DNA of 64,000 nucleotides from an uncultured cyanobacterium. Lineage in GTDB: Bacteria > Cyanobacteriota > Cyanobacteriia > Cyanobacteriales > Nostocaceae. The stretch spans positions 1,248,001 through 1,312,000 of the forward strand of contig CAVUDP010000002.1 in assembly GCA_963740315.1 (NCBI GenBank), given 5' to 3'. The notes under the pieces were generated by a model. That model ran no database searches and had not been told where the DNA came from. It saw only the letters and a list, made by a program, of their open reading frames with translations. A program made the position numbers and the translations under genes. Below are positions 30,559-40,032 of this stretch, in pieces. The number at the start of each line of letters is the position of its first letter. Position 1 is the stretch's first letter.

Positions 30559-32049
30559 CTATTCCCTAATTATTTTATAAATTTGATGTCCTTTAATTTC
30601 TACGCCACATTTTTCGAGACATTCTTGCCAACCTTTACGGGTTCCAATTTCGTTGGGTTTTTCAAATAATCCTTCTGCAATTTCTTGTTGGGTGAGTTGG
30701 GCAAATTCTTCGTATAAATGATATTTGGGGCTGACAAATGTTTCTTTACGGTGCAGTATGGGCGGGTTTTTCCTTTTGGAGTAGTCCCTACGGGTGATTT
30801 TAAATGTCTTTAAGTCGATTACTAAACCTGCTTTTAATGCTGGATGAGCGTCGGTATCGAAATCGGGGTAGTAGAGGTAAGATATTTGTGGTTCGTTGAG
30901 GTGAAGTTTGATTAGTGTTGTTTCTTCAGGTCTTCCAAATACCCGACTGGCGCAGCCTTCGTAGATTCGCAGTAATGGTTCTAATTCTCCTAATGCTGTA
31001 GTATGAACGTAAAGGGCGCTTGGAGTACGTTTACCAATTTTACTTTTTTTGCAGGCTGCTTTGATAATTTCTGGTTGCCCTAAACTAAATAATTTTTCGT
31101 CGGCGATTTCGCAAGCATCGCGATATGTACCGAAAAAGGCTTTGATATCGTGGCGGATTTTTTCGGGTAACTCTGTGAATCTGGGACGTTCTTGCTTAAA
31201 TTGCACTAGAGCAAGATAAACTTGAATATCCAGAGAACGACGGTAGGCGATCGCATCCCATTCGGCTTCGTCTGTTGCTTGCAATATAACTTTGAAGGCG
31301 CGGCGAATGCTGGTAAATTCCAGCAGTAATTTTTCTTCGATTTCTGGCTCTAATTCTCCTTGAACTGGTAGTCTGCCGCGTTTTATATAGAATTTAATTA
31401 ATGGTGCTAATTCAATTTTGCAGTCTTCATATTTTTTAGTAGCAAGATGGATTCTCGGCGCAATTACGCGCGTTTGATAGTACTCGGCACGAAAGTTTTC
31501 TTTTTCTTGTTCGTCGCGAAACACAAAATAAATGCCTAACGCCACGGGTACGGCATCAACTTCCAAGGAGCTATCAATATATTTTTTAAGTTCTCCCTGT
31601 TCGTAATATTTTTGAAATGTATTGCGAAGAGTTACCACACCATCGCCATAAGCTATTTGATTTTTGCTGCTAGGGGCACTTACTAATACTTGAGCAGCAA
31701 CTATTAATACTTTTTTAGTTAATTTCCACGCATTTTGAAGACTGCATAAGCGTTCTTGAGTATCTTCTATGACGTTAAGAATATATCCCAGATTAACCAC
31801 ATCGGCAGACTTCAAAGGCGCATCGGGACTATAATAAGGGTCCCAACCCGCACTACGCACCTTCATAGCAGCCAATTTTTTTACATCACTGCCATGCCCG
31901 CATCCATAGTCAAAAAATGTGGTCTTCGTATTAATAATTTCAAATTCGATTGCTAATCTTATCGGACGAGATAAATCTGTACGGTAAATTGCTGCTCTGT
32001 GGCGTTCAATTGCTAAAGCTTCCAGCATCTCTACAAATCCAATTGGCAA
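30559..32049 (-). CDS. DNA phosphorothioation-associated putative methyltransferase
   Basis: IERHRAAI..LSRP, FDYGCGHG SAM motif, VNLGYILNVIED, NPPILHRKE; directly downstream of dndE. Confidence 0.82.
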   Translation of the reverse strand: MPIGFVEMLEALAIERHRAAIYRTDLSRPIRLAIEFEIINTKTTFFDYGCGHGSDVKKLAAMKVRSAGWDPYYSPDAPLKSADVVNLGYILNVIEDTQERLCSLQNAWKLTKKVLIVAAQVLVSAPSSKNQIAYGDGVVTLRNTFQKYYEQGELKKYIDSSLEVDAVPVALGIYFVFRDEQEKENFRAEYYQTRVIAPRIHLATKKYEDCKIELAPLIKFYIKRGRLPVQGELEPEIEEKLLLEFTSIRRAFKVILQATDEAEWDAIAYRRSLDIQVYLALVQFKQERPRFTELPEKIRHDIKAFFGTYRDACEIADEKLFSLGQPEIIKAACKKSKIGKRTPSALYVHTTALGELEPLLRIYEGCASRVFGRPEETTLIKLHLNEPQISYLYYPDFDTDAHPALKAGLVIDLKTFKITRRDYSKRKNPPILHRKETFVSPKYHLYEEFAQLTQQEIAEGLFEKPNEIGTRKGWQECLEKCGVEIKGHQIYKIIRE

Positions 32050-32270
32050 TTGGCAATTATTATCTCATAGAAGAGGGAATAGCTCACGGAGTATTGAGTA
32101 TTGAGTATTGAGTATTGAGATGATATTGCGGAGGGAGCGGAGGAAGCGGAGGAAGCGGAGGAAGCAATTTATATTAAATTAATCTTTTCTCTCCCTGCCT
32201 CAAGAGCCTCCTCTGTCTCCTTGTCTACCCCCTCTCCCCCTCTCCCCATCCCCCCATCCCCCCATCCCCT

Positions 32271-32657
32271 CTACTTCTCGATCGCTAATTCAATCAAGTC
32301 TTCAATTTTCTTAATCAAGGGATCTCCTGCTAAATAACCGATGCCGCGATGTAGGTGCAAGCGAAATTGGGTTGCGAGGGTTTCTTTATCGGTTCCTAAT
32401 CCGTCATTATGACAGCGTTGTTTGAGTGCCATGAGCAATATATCGGACATTTCACCGCCAAATATTCGCCAGTTTAATTCGACGTTACTATCTTGGGGTA
32501 TCGGTACGGGAGAAGGAATACTTTTTTCTGCGAGGGAACGACAAAACCCCCAGCGACAAAGGATATTCCATTGATCGATTTTAGTAAAGCGTCTCAGTTT
32601 TAAAAGTTGATCTTTGCCTGTCTGGGATAAGCGGATGCGTTCGATTGGTGATTCCAT
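32271..32657 (-). CDS. dndE: DNA sulfur modification protein DndE
   Basis: IRLSQTGKDQL..TKIDQWNILCRWGFCRSL..FRLHLHRGIGYL. Confidence 0.92.
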   Translation of the reverse strand: MESPIERIRLSQTGKDQLLKLRRFTKIDQWNILCRWGFCRSLAEKSIPSPVPIPQDSNVELNWRIFGGEMSDILLMALKQRCHNDGLGTDKETLATQFRLHLHRGIGYLAGDPLIKKIEDLIELAIEK

Positions 32658-32860
32658 GTTTTAAAAATGGGGCATTGGGCATTGGGCATTGGGCATTGGG
32701 AATAGTGAATTATAGTTATACGATCAATTTTGGTGAGGTAGGGAGCAAGATGCTCCCACTACGAAAATAATTTAATCCAAAATCTAAAATCCAAAATCTA
32801 AAATCCAAAATCTTATAACTCTTAGTTCTCATCTTCCCATGCCCCATGCCTAATTCCCTA

Positions 32861-34846
32861 TTACCAAAAATAACCCGATTCTACGGTTGTTTGACGAGTT
32901 TCTTGGGAATATTTGAGGACGTATTCGCGGGCGATCGCTTCGTTTTTGCGGAGGGTTTTTACTTCTTTTTCTCCTATTTCTGTGTCGGTGGAAAGTAATA
33001 TTACTTGATGGGATGCTGAGGGAAAATATCTTTCTATTAGGTTGCTGCGGTGAGATGAGTCTAAACGTCCTAATGGGGTGTCAATGGCAACGGGTAATTG
33101 ATGCCCGGATACTCTTGCTAATGCCCAAAGGAAGGCGATCGCCAATAGTTGTTTTTCTCCTGCTGATAGGCGATGTTTGTCAACTTGTTGGGAATTTAAG
33201 TCGTATAGGGAAAGGCTGAAGGTGTTGGTGTCGATGACGATGCGGTGTACTAAGTCGGATTTGTGGAGCAGGTAGCGGAAGCATTCTGTGACTTCGGTTT
33301 CTAATTTATTGAGTTTTCTTAATGTAAGTCGTTCGCGAAATAGTTTGAGGGTTTGTTGTACTCTTGTCGATGCATTGATGATGTTTTCTTTACTTTTATG
33401 TTCGATGGTTTGGACGCTATATTCTGTTAAATCTTTTTTGAGTTTATCAATTTCTGTTTGTAGTTCTATTAAGCGACGAGTTACTGTTTCACAATTATTT
33501 TTGATATCGGTAACTTGATTTTGGGCTTCTTTGACTGATTCTACTAATTTTTGATAATCTTCTGGTACTGCTGCTGCTTGTATTTGTCTTTCTAAAGTAA
33601 TAATTTCTTCTTCTTTATTTTTTAATTGTTTTAATTGCTGTTTGCCGGTATTTTTAGTAGTTTGCAAGTAGTACAGAATATTGCCTAATTGACTCAAACT
33701 TTCTGCATCTGCCATTAACCAAGGTGATTCTTTTAAGGATGTATTTATAGTTTGTATGTCTTCGTCTAAAAAGGTTTTTATTTGAGCAGATTTATCGGCA
33801 GCTATATCTATTTTATTAACTAAATTAAGTAAACGTTTGTCTCTTTCTACTAATATATCTCTAGCTATTTGCTGCTGTTTAACGTCATATTCTACTTCAC
33901 CTCTTTCTTGAGCTTGATTTAGTAATGGTTCAATTAATGCTAATGGTAAAACACCTGCTGCTAATTCACTCATTTCCTGACGAGTGCTTTCTGCTTCTTT
34001 TGCTTTTGCTGTTTTCTGTTGTTCTAGCTGACTGCTTTCTGAAGCAATTTTTCCGCCTTCACTGACAAATTTATCGAAGGCTTCCTGTTGATTTTTTTCT
34101 GCTTGCTGTAAAAACTCTAATTCTTGCGCTTCTACATTTTTGGTTTCTTCGTATTCTTCTTGTAAATCCTTAAGCTGCTTTTCTATTCCTTCTAAATTTG
34201 CAAGTTCTTTTGTATCGGCAAGTTCTCTACGTTTACGATTAACTAATATTTCTAAATCTGCCGTCAAACGTTCTGCTAATTCTAAACCCAAAAGAGCGCG
34301 AATTGCTTCTATTACAATGGGGGGTGTAACTTCAAGTTCTGCTAATTCTTTTACCTGTTCGCCATCAAATAAAAATAAGTTAGAAATTCCCAAAGGTAAG
34401 AGATTTTCAATATATTCATCCCAAATATTTACTAATCCTTCATCCAGCCATTCATCGTTTTCGCGAATATCTAAAATACCTAAACGATCTTTACCATCTT
34501 TAGGATTCTTTTCCCAAGTTCTAACTACACGATATCTAACGGGTTTATCGTTTTCAATATGTTCAAAAGCTAACTCAATGCGAGTTTTCTCTGTAGGTGA
34601 TTTATGGGTGTTTACGCATTGATTGAGAAAGTCTTGATAACTCAAATTACCGCGAGTCGAACATTGAGCGCGATGTCCGTAAAGTGCCAGACGAATCGCA
34701 TCCATAAAAGTTGTTTTTCCCCCACCATTCATTCCACCTACAAGAATAATTGGACGAGAATTTTCATCATTATTTGGTGCTAAATTTATTACTTGACGAC
34801 CGCAATAAGGACCAAAGTTTTCTAAAACAAGTTCTAAGAATATCAT
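32861..34846 (-). CDS. dndD: DNA sulfur modification protein DndD (SMC-like ATPase)
   Basis: GMNGGGKTT, FLFDGEQ, LSAGEKQ, IDTPLGRLDSSHR; between dndC and dndE. Confidence 0.92.
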   Translation of the reverse strand: MIFLELVLENFGPYCGRQVINLAPNNDENSRPIILVGGMNGGGKTTFMDAIRLALYGHRAQCSTRGNLSYQDFLNQCVNTHKSPTEKTRIELAFEHIENDKPVRYRVVRTWEKNPKDGKDRLGILDIRENDEWLDEGLVNIWDEYIENLLPLGISNLFLFDGEQVKELAELEVTPPIVIEAIRALLGLELAERLTADLEILVNRKRRELADTKELANLEGIEKQLKDLQEEYEETKNVEAQELEFLQQAEKNQQEAFDKFVSEGGKIASESSQLEQQKTAKAKEAESTRQEMSELAAGVLPLALIEPLLNQAQERGEVEYDVKQQQIARDILVERDKRLLNLVNKIDIAADKSAQIKTFLDEDIQTINTSLKESPWLMADAESLSQLGNILYYLQTTKNTGKQQLKQLKNKEEEIITLERQIQAAAVPEDYQKLVESVKEAQNQVTDIKNNCETVTRRLIELQTEIDKLKKDLTEYSVQTIEHKSKENIINASTRVQQTLKLFRERLTLRKLNKLETEVTECFRYLLHKSDLVHRIVIDTNTFSLSLYDLNSQQVDKHRLSAGEKQLLAIAFLWALARVSGHQLPVAIDTPLGRLDSSHRSNLIERYFPSASHQVILLSTDTEIGEKEVKTLRKNEAIAREYVLKYSQETRQTTVESGYFW

Positions 34847-35054
34847 ATGAAGATGGGCATGGGGAATTGGGCATTGGGCATGGGATGAGGTAGAGGGGGG
34901 AGAGGGGGAAGAGGGGGTAGAATTTTAATTGGTTACTATTAATTAATAACTTTTAACTCCTAACTCTTTAAGTCCAAAACAAAAGCATCCGTTATCAAAA
35001 TTCAAAATATAAAATCGCATAACAGTTAACTGTTAACTGGTAACTGGTTACTGC

Positions 35055-36638
35055 TCACTGTTTTTTAAATTTTTTCTCTGCCCAAGTTTTAGATTTTTCT
35101 GTTGTTTTCTCTGCTGTAACGTCGCCTAAAGTCAACTGTTTTACTTTGTCTATATCGCCTTTACCAGCAGCATCTTTTAAGTCACGTTTGAAGTGCGCGT
35201 TTTTAATTGCGTCTTCTTGAGTTCGCGAGCTTGTTTCAAAACATTTTTCTAAGGCATCGTAAATTCCTACTCGACGCGATTTTTTGCGATATTGCCGCTC
35301 TGTATCTAACAGTTTCGCCATCAATTCTAAATGCATCGCGTCGTTGTCACATATTTCTTCTAATACTGCCCACTCGTCGCTGCCTAATAAACTGTAACCC
35401 GCACCGGGGCGGGAGTCTACAAAAGATTCGCCTGTCACTTCTTGATAAATCCGGGGTAAACTATCGTCAAATTCGTGTTTTTCTTCTAACCAAATGCGTC
35501 TGATTTCACTCAGTTCATCTGTGGTAATTAAAGTAATATCGCGCATATCTTCGGGAGCAGTTTGACGAGCTTGGGTTTGCGCTGACAATACCCTTGTTAA
35601 CCAATGTTCGCGCCAATATTTTGTATAGGGACCTGGTACTGGTTGCACTGATGTTTTACCATCTTTATTACGCTCAAAAAGCTGCACTTTTCCCCAAATT
35701 CTGCGAAAATCTCGCTTATCATGGTCGTCTTGAATATCTAGCTCGTTACGAATATCTAAAAGCGGCTGCATCCATTCTTTTTCTTCATCATTTTGAATCA
35801 TTGCCTCCATCGATTTATCTTTAGTTACCATCGTGCAAACCCAACAGCCAAACCGCGAATCGCCGCAACTGGGGGTAGAAGTATCGACAACTAAAGGACA
35901 TTCGTTATCTGCCGTCGCACCACGATACATCGAAAATAAATCTTTGTTATTACCACCCCAAGGATTTTCACATTGATTGAGGTAAATCCACACATCGTTA
36001 TTGCTCCAATCTTCGATGGGGGTGTAAATCAAAGAGTTTGGTAAGCTGGCATTTGGACTCAGGCGATCGCGTATTCTACCTGCTTGATGCTTTAGCATGG
36101 TGGCAGCCCGTCTCGAACTTTCGGCTTTGCGAGTACCTAATACTAAAATTGTTTCGCCGTTAGCTCTAACCATTTCCCGAATAAACTGGTTAGCTGGGTT
36201 GATTTTTAAACGCGGCGTACACCAGCGAAATTGATTGCGAGGAGCCGGATAACCCCTGCCGATTAAATTTACCCAAAATGTATCTTGAATTACTGGCAAC
36301 AGCAAATGAGGTTCGATGGGCATTCCTCTTTCTTTAGCCGCAGATCCCAGCAACTTCATCGAATTTTTAACCCATGTCGTAACTATGGGATTTTCTACCA
36401 GCGTATCCGTAGTAATTACGTGGATTTTTTTACCGCGTTTTTTTGGCGGTAGAGTTGCGATCGCATTCCAAATAAGTTGCAAAATCGTGCTGGAGTCTTT
36501 TCCCCAAGATACGCCAATAATCCAAGGTATTTCGTCTAATAAATATAATTCCTGAATTTCTTTGGTAATTTCTGGAATTTTATCGATTACCGTCGCGGGT
36601 GCTGGCTGGCTTTTTTCTGATTGTTGGGCAAGAGTCAT
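35055..36638 (-). CDS. dndC: Phosphorothioation sulfurtransferase DndC
   Basis: SWGKDS PP-loop, DTLVENP, FRWCT, ADNECP..SCGDSRFGCWVCT. Confidence 0.95.
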   Translation of the reverse strand: MTLAQQSEKSQPAPATVIDKIPEITKEIQELYLLDEIPWIIGVSWGKDSSTILQLIWNAIATLPPKKRGKKIHVITTDTLVENPIVTTWVKNSMKLLGSAAKERGMPIEPHLLLPVIQDTFWVNLIGRGYPAPRNQFRWCTPRLKINPANQFIREMVRANGETILVLGTRKAESSRRAATMLKHQAGRIRDRLSPNASLPNSLIYTPIEDWSNNDVWIYLNQCENPWGGNNKDLFSMYRGATADNECPLVVDTSTPSCGDSRFGCWVCTMVTKDKSMEAMIQNDEEKEWMQPLLDIRNELDIQDDHDKRDFRRIWGKVQLFERNKDGKTSVQPVPGPYTKYWREHWLTRVLSAQTQARQTAPEDMRDITLITTDELSEIRRIWLEEKHEFDDSLPRIYQEVTGESFVDSRPGAGYSLLGSDEWAVLEEICDNDAMHLELMAKLLDTERQYRKKSRRVGIYDALEKCFETSSRTQEDAIKNAHFKRDLKDAAGKGDIDKVKQLTLGDVTAEKTTEKSKTWAEKKFKKQ

Positions 36639-36845
36639 TCTATTTTAGATTTTGGATTTTGGATTTTCGATTAATCGCGATTATTAAATTGCCAGATATT
36701 TGTATTTATAAAAATAAGAGCAAAAACTAGTATTACATATTTTTGTACCAATCGCGGTTTTTAAAAACTTATAATTGAATATTTCTTTTTTGAATCGTTT
36801 TTATATATAGTATTTGGATGTCATTATTTAATTGTTTTAAGTTTT

Positions 36846-38426
36846 GTGATGAAAAAAAGTACATCTACCTCAGCAGCGGTTATTTCCAGTCCAGATAAAA
36901 AAAAGTTTTCTGATTTATTAACTAAATATATTGGCGAAAACAAACAGTTACTAGTCCAAAAAACGGAAATGGGCGGTACTCAAGCTTACGTGGGTTCGGT
37001 TACTTTGGAGTGGTTTGCATCTCAAGTTCGCTTTGCATCTTTGTTACCATTATTGCGAAGTAAGTACAATCCCGATACTGACAATATCGAAATTGACGCA
37101 GAAAGTATAGATGATATTCAGCAACGCCCCTTAGATTGGTCGCGACAAGCACCTTTAGTTCAGTATTTAGCCGCACGTAAAAATCATAAATTTCCTCCCG
37201 TATTAGCTGTAATTAGTCAGCCTTGGGTAAATGATTCTAAATCATCTGAATGGGATAGTAAAGGAAGAGCCAAAAAATCCACTACGGAATTTACTAGTTT
37301 AGATGAAAATGGTCAATTTGGCTTGCTCGATATTAGTACGGAAAATGTAACTATTTATGCATTAGATGGTCAGCATAGATTAATGGCGGTACAGGGTTTG
37401 ATGGAAATACTCAAAACTGGTAAGTTACCGCGCTATAAGAAGGATAAAGCTAAGAATAATAATTTTATTACGATTGATAATTTAACAGAAAAATACCGAG
37501 TTGAAGCCGAATATTTAGAACAATTGCCCCAAGAAAAAATCGGTATAGAATTTATTTGTGCGGTTGCTGCTGGAGAAACCCGCGAGGAAGCAAGACGTAG
37601 AGTAAGGTCAATTTTCGTACACGTCAACTTGATGGCTGTACCCTTGAGTAAAGGACAGTTAGCACAGTTAAATGAAGACGATGGTTTTTCTATTGTTGCC
37701 AGAAAGATAGCCGTTAGCCATCCACTTTTAGAACAGCGTAAAGATCGGAAATCTCGCGTAAATTGGAATAGTGCCACGGTGGCAGCAAAGTCTACAGTTT
37801 TGACAACTTTGCAAGCTTTAAAAGAGATGTCAGAACGTTATTTAGAACACAAATATCCTCATTGGAAACCCTTAGATAAAGGTTTAATTCCCATGCGCCC
37901 AGAGGATGAAGAATTAGAAGAGGCGATCGCAGATTTTAACGAGCTATTCGATCATTTAGCAACTTTACCAAGCTATAAACTTTTAGAACACGAAGATACT
38001 CCAATGTTCCGAAGGTTTAGTTTTGAAAAAGATGAGGGAGAAGGTAATATTTTATTTCGTCCCGTCGGACAAATGGCATTAGCGAAAGCTTTAGGTATCT
38101 TAATATTTGAAAAAGGTTTCTCTATCGAAGATATTTTTGCGAAGCTGCAAAAGTTTGATAGTAAAGGTGGTTTTAGTGGAATGGAATTTCCGAAATCTCT
38201 GTGGTATGGGGTTTTGTATGACGCGAATCGCAAGCGGGTATTAGTTGCGGGGAAAGAGTTAGCAACGCGGTTAATCGTTTATATTTTGGGTGGGGTTAAA
38301 GATAAAATGGAAAAAGCGGAATTGAGGACAGAATTAGCGAAGGCGAGAACTTTTGAAGATAAAACTGTGGATTTTAAAGGTAAGTTTGTAGAGCCGAAAC
38401 AGGTGGGGTTGCCGGGGGTTTTGTGA
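36846..38426 (+). CDS. DGQHR-domain (DndB-like) protein
   Basis: QRPLDWSR, ALDGQHR, RSIFVHVN; divergent from dndC. Confidence 0.82.
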   Translation: MMKKSTSTSAAVISSPDKKKFSDLLTKYIGENKQLLVQKTEMGGTQAYVGSVTLEWFASQVRFASLLPLLRSKYNPDTDNIEIDAESIDDIQQRPLDWSRQAPLVQYLAARKNHKFPPVLAVISQPWVNDSKSSEWDSKGRAKKSTTEFTSLDENGQFGLLDISTENVTIYALDGQHRLMAVQGLMEILKTGKLPRYKKDKAKNNNFITIDNLTEKYRVEAEYLEQLPQEKIGIEFICAVAAGETREEARRRVRSIFVHVNLMAVPLSKGQLAQLNEDDGFSIVARKIAVSHPLLEQRKDRKSRVNWNSATVAAKSTVLTTLQALKEMSERYLEHKYPHWKPLDKGLIPMRPEDEELEEAIADFNELFDHLATLPSYKLLEHEDTPMFRRFSFEKDEGEGNILFRPVGQMALAKALGILIFEKGFSIEDIFAKLQKFDSKGGFSGMEFPKSLWYGVLYDANRKRVLVAGKELATRLIVYILGGVKDKMEKAELRTELAKARTFEDKTVDFKGKFVEPKQVGLPGVL

Positions 38427-38451
38427 GGGGGGAAGATTTTGTATCAAATCC

Positions 38452-38584
38452 GGCGGTTGAAACCGCATCTACACAGGCAAAGTCCACCTGCGTGGACTAA
38501 TTTAAAAATACAATTATTTATAAAAATACGATGATTTAACCCGCGCAGGCGGGTTTTGTTTGTGTAGCAGCGGTTTTAACCGCC
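38452..38584. repeat. REP-like palindromic element, copy 1
   Basis: GGCGGTTGAAACCGC..AGTCCACCTGCGTGGACT..AACCCGCGCAGGCGGGTT..GCGGTTTTAACCGCC. Confidence 0.8.
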
Positions 38585-38607
38585 AGATACCTTATAAATT
38601 GTACTAC

Positions 38608-39885
38608 TCACGAATTATTTTGCATTACGATATTTTGTATTTCATCAAATTCACAATCGATATTTCCCGTAACTAATTGCGCTAGATATTCTGATTCCTG
38701 TGCCGTTAATAAACGTGAGAATGGTACGCATAAAATATGCGCCATTGAATGTTGACTTTGAATTGGTAAAAGATGATTGGGTGTATTTGGTTTTGCGTCA
38801 ATGGCAAATAAACTGCGGTTTCCCCTCGCACTATCAAAACCCTCCGCACGCAGTATTTTCGCCATAGCATCGGGGGAATCTATTAAAATTGGCATTACCC
38901 AAAAGGAATTATATTCAGCTTTGTTACCGGGGATAGTAAGATTATTTGGTAACATTTGTAAAAAATATTTGGCTCGCACAATACGCTCTTGAAAATTATC
39001 GCAATGACTCAATCTATAGTTTAAGAACCACAGTAGACGTTTTGGATTACGATAGCGAATTTTTGTGAGTATATCACCTGTAGGAAAACCAAGGGTTGCT
39101 TTTTTGATAGTTGATTCGACATCCAAATTTGACAACCGCATTAAATTAAGAATTTGATAATACAAGCTCGGCAGCGAAAGAAGTTTTAACCAATAGAACT
39201 TAAATACCCTTTTTAAATACCAAAACTCGCTTTTTTGGGGATATTTTTGCTCAATCAGTGCCATTTTTTGAGCTAATTGTTTATCTTTGATTAATGCTAC
39301 TGCTCCACCCAAAGCAGTACAAGATTTAATCGCACCAAAGCTAAATAGACTAACATCAGCTTGAGGATAACCAAAATATTGTTTTCCTGCAAAAGCTTGA
39401 GCGCAGTCTTCTACTAATAAAATATGATGTTTTTTACAGAAATCAATGTAAGGCTGTAAAAGAATAATTACGCCAAATAAATGCGCGATTAATAATACTT
39501 TGCTTTGAGAAGAAACTAGTTGCTCTAATAGTTCTAAATTAGGCGCAATAGTATCAATAGAAATATCAATAGGAACCGGGATTAAACCATGACTGCGGAT
39601 AATTTCCGCCATTTCTCGGATATTAACGGCGCTCATTAATACTTCCGATTCAGGAGGTAAATTTAAAGATTGTAACAATAAATCTAAACTGGTTCTTACA
39701 GATAACGTTACTAAAACTTCTTTATCAGTGCTAAAAAAAGATTTAATGCCATTTAAAGATAGTTGGCGATCGCTCGAACGAAAAAAAGCGCCGAAGCAAG
39801 CGTGTAAGTCGGGAAAGCTAACATCTAATTGGATAGTAGGGTGCGATCGGTATTTTGGAAGAGTTAATTTATTTGATGAATTCAT
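38608..39885 (-). CDS. DegT/DnrJ/EryC1/StrS-family PLP-dependent aminotransferase
   Basis: IAHLFG, VEDCAQA, FSFGAIKSCTALGGA (PLP lysine). Confidence 0.85.
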   Translation of the reverse strand: MNSSNKLTLPKYRSHPTIQLDVSFPDLHACFGAFFRSSDRQLSLNGIKSFFSTDKEVLVTLSVRTSLDLLLQSLNLPPESEVLMSAVNIREMAEIIRSHGLIPVPIDISIDTIAPNLELLEQLVSSQSKVLLIAHLFGVIILLQPYIDFCKKHHILLVEDCAQAFAGKQYFGYPQADVSLFSFGAIKSCTALGGAVALIKDKQLAQKMALIEQKYPQKSEFWYLKRVFKFYWLKLLSLPSLYYQILNLMRLSNLDVESTIKKATLGFPTGDILTKIRYRNPKRLLWFLNYRLSHCDNFQERIVRAKYFLQMLPNNLTIPGNKAEYNSFWVMPILIDSPDAMAKILRAEGFDSARGNRSLFAIDAKPNTPNHLLPIQSQHSMAHILCVPFSRLLTAQESEYLAQLVTGNIDCEFDEIQNIVMQNNS

Positions 39886-40032
39886 TAGGTTTTACCCGTT
39901 TTTATAATTAATTTATCTCTAATTATTAAGTTTTTTGTACAAGTATTCTGCAAATAGAAGTTTATGGATGTGGCTTTTACTGATTTTTAATTATAACTCT
40001 GTAGCATATTATATAGATTAATTACTATCAGG

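Noticed and set aside
36730..36750. Possible LexA box at dndC (also ~39936-39949)
   Set aside because: Only a half-site or a two-mismatch match
38608..39885. PLP enzyme as the missing DndA
   Set aside because: Motifs are DegT-type (EDCAQ, SFGxxK); cysteine desulfurase SxHK and GSAC motifs are absent
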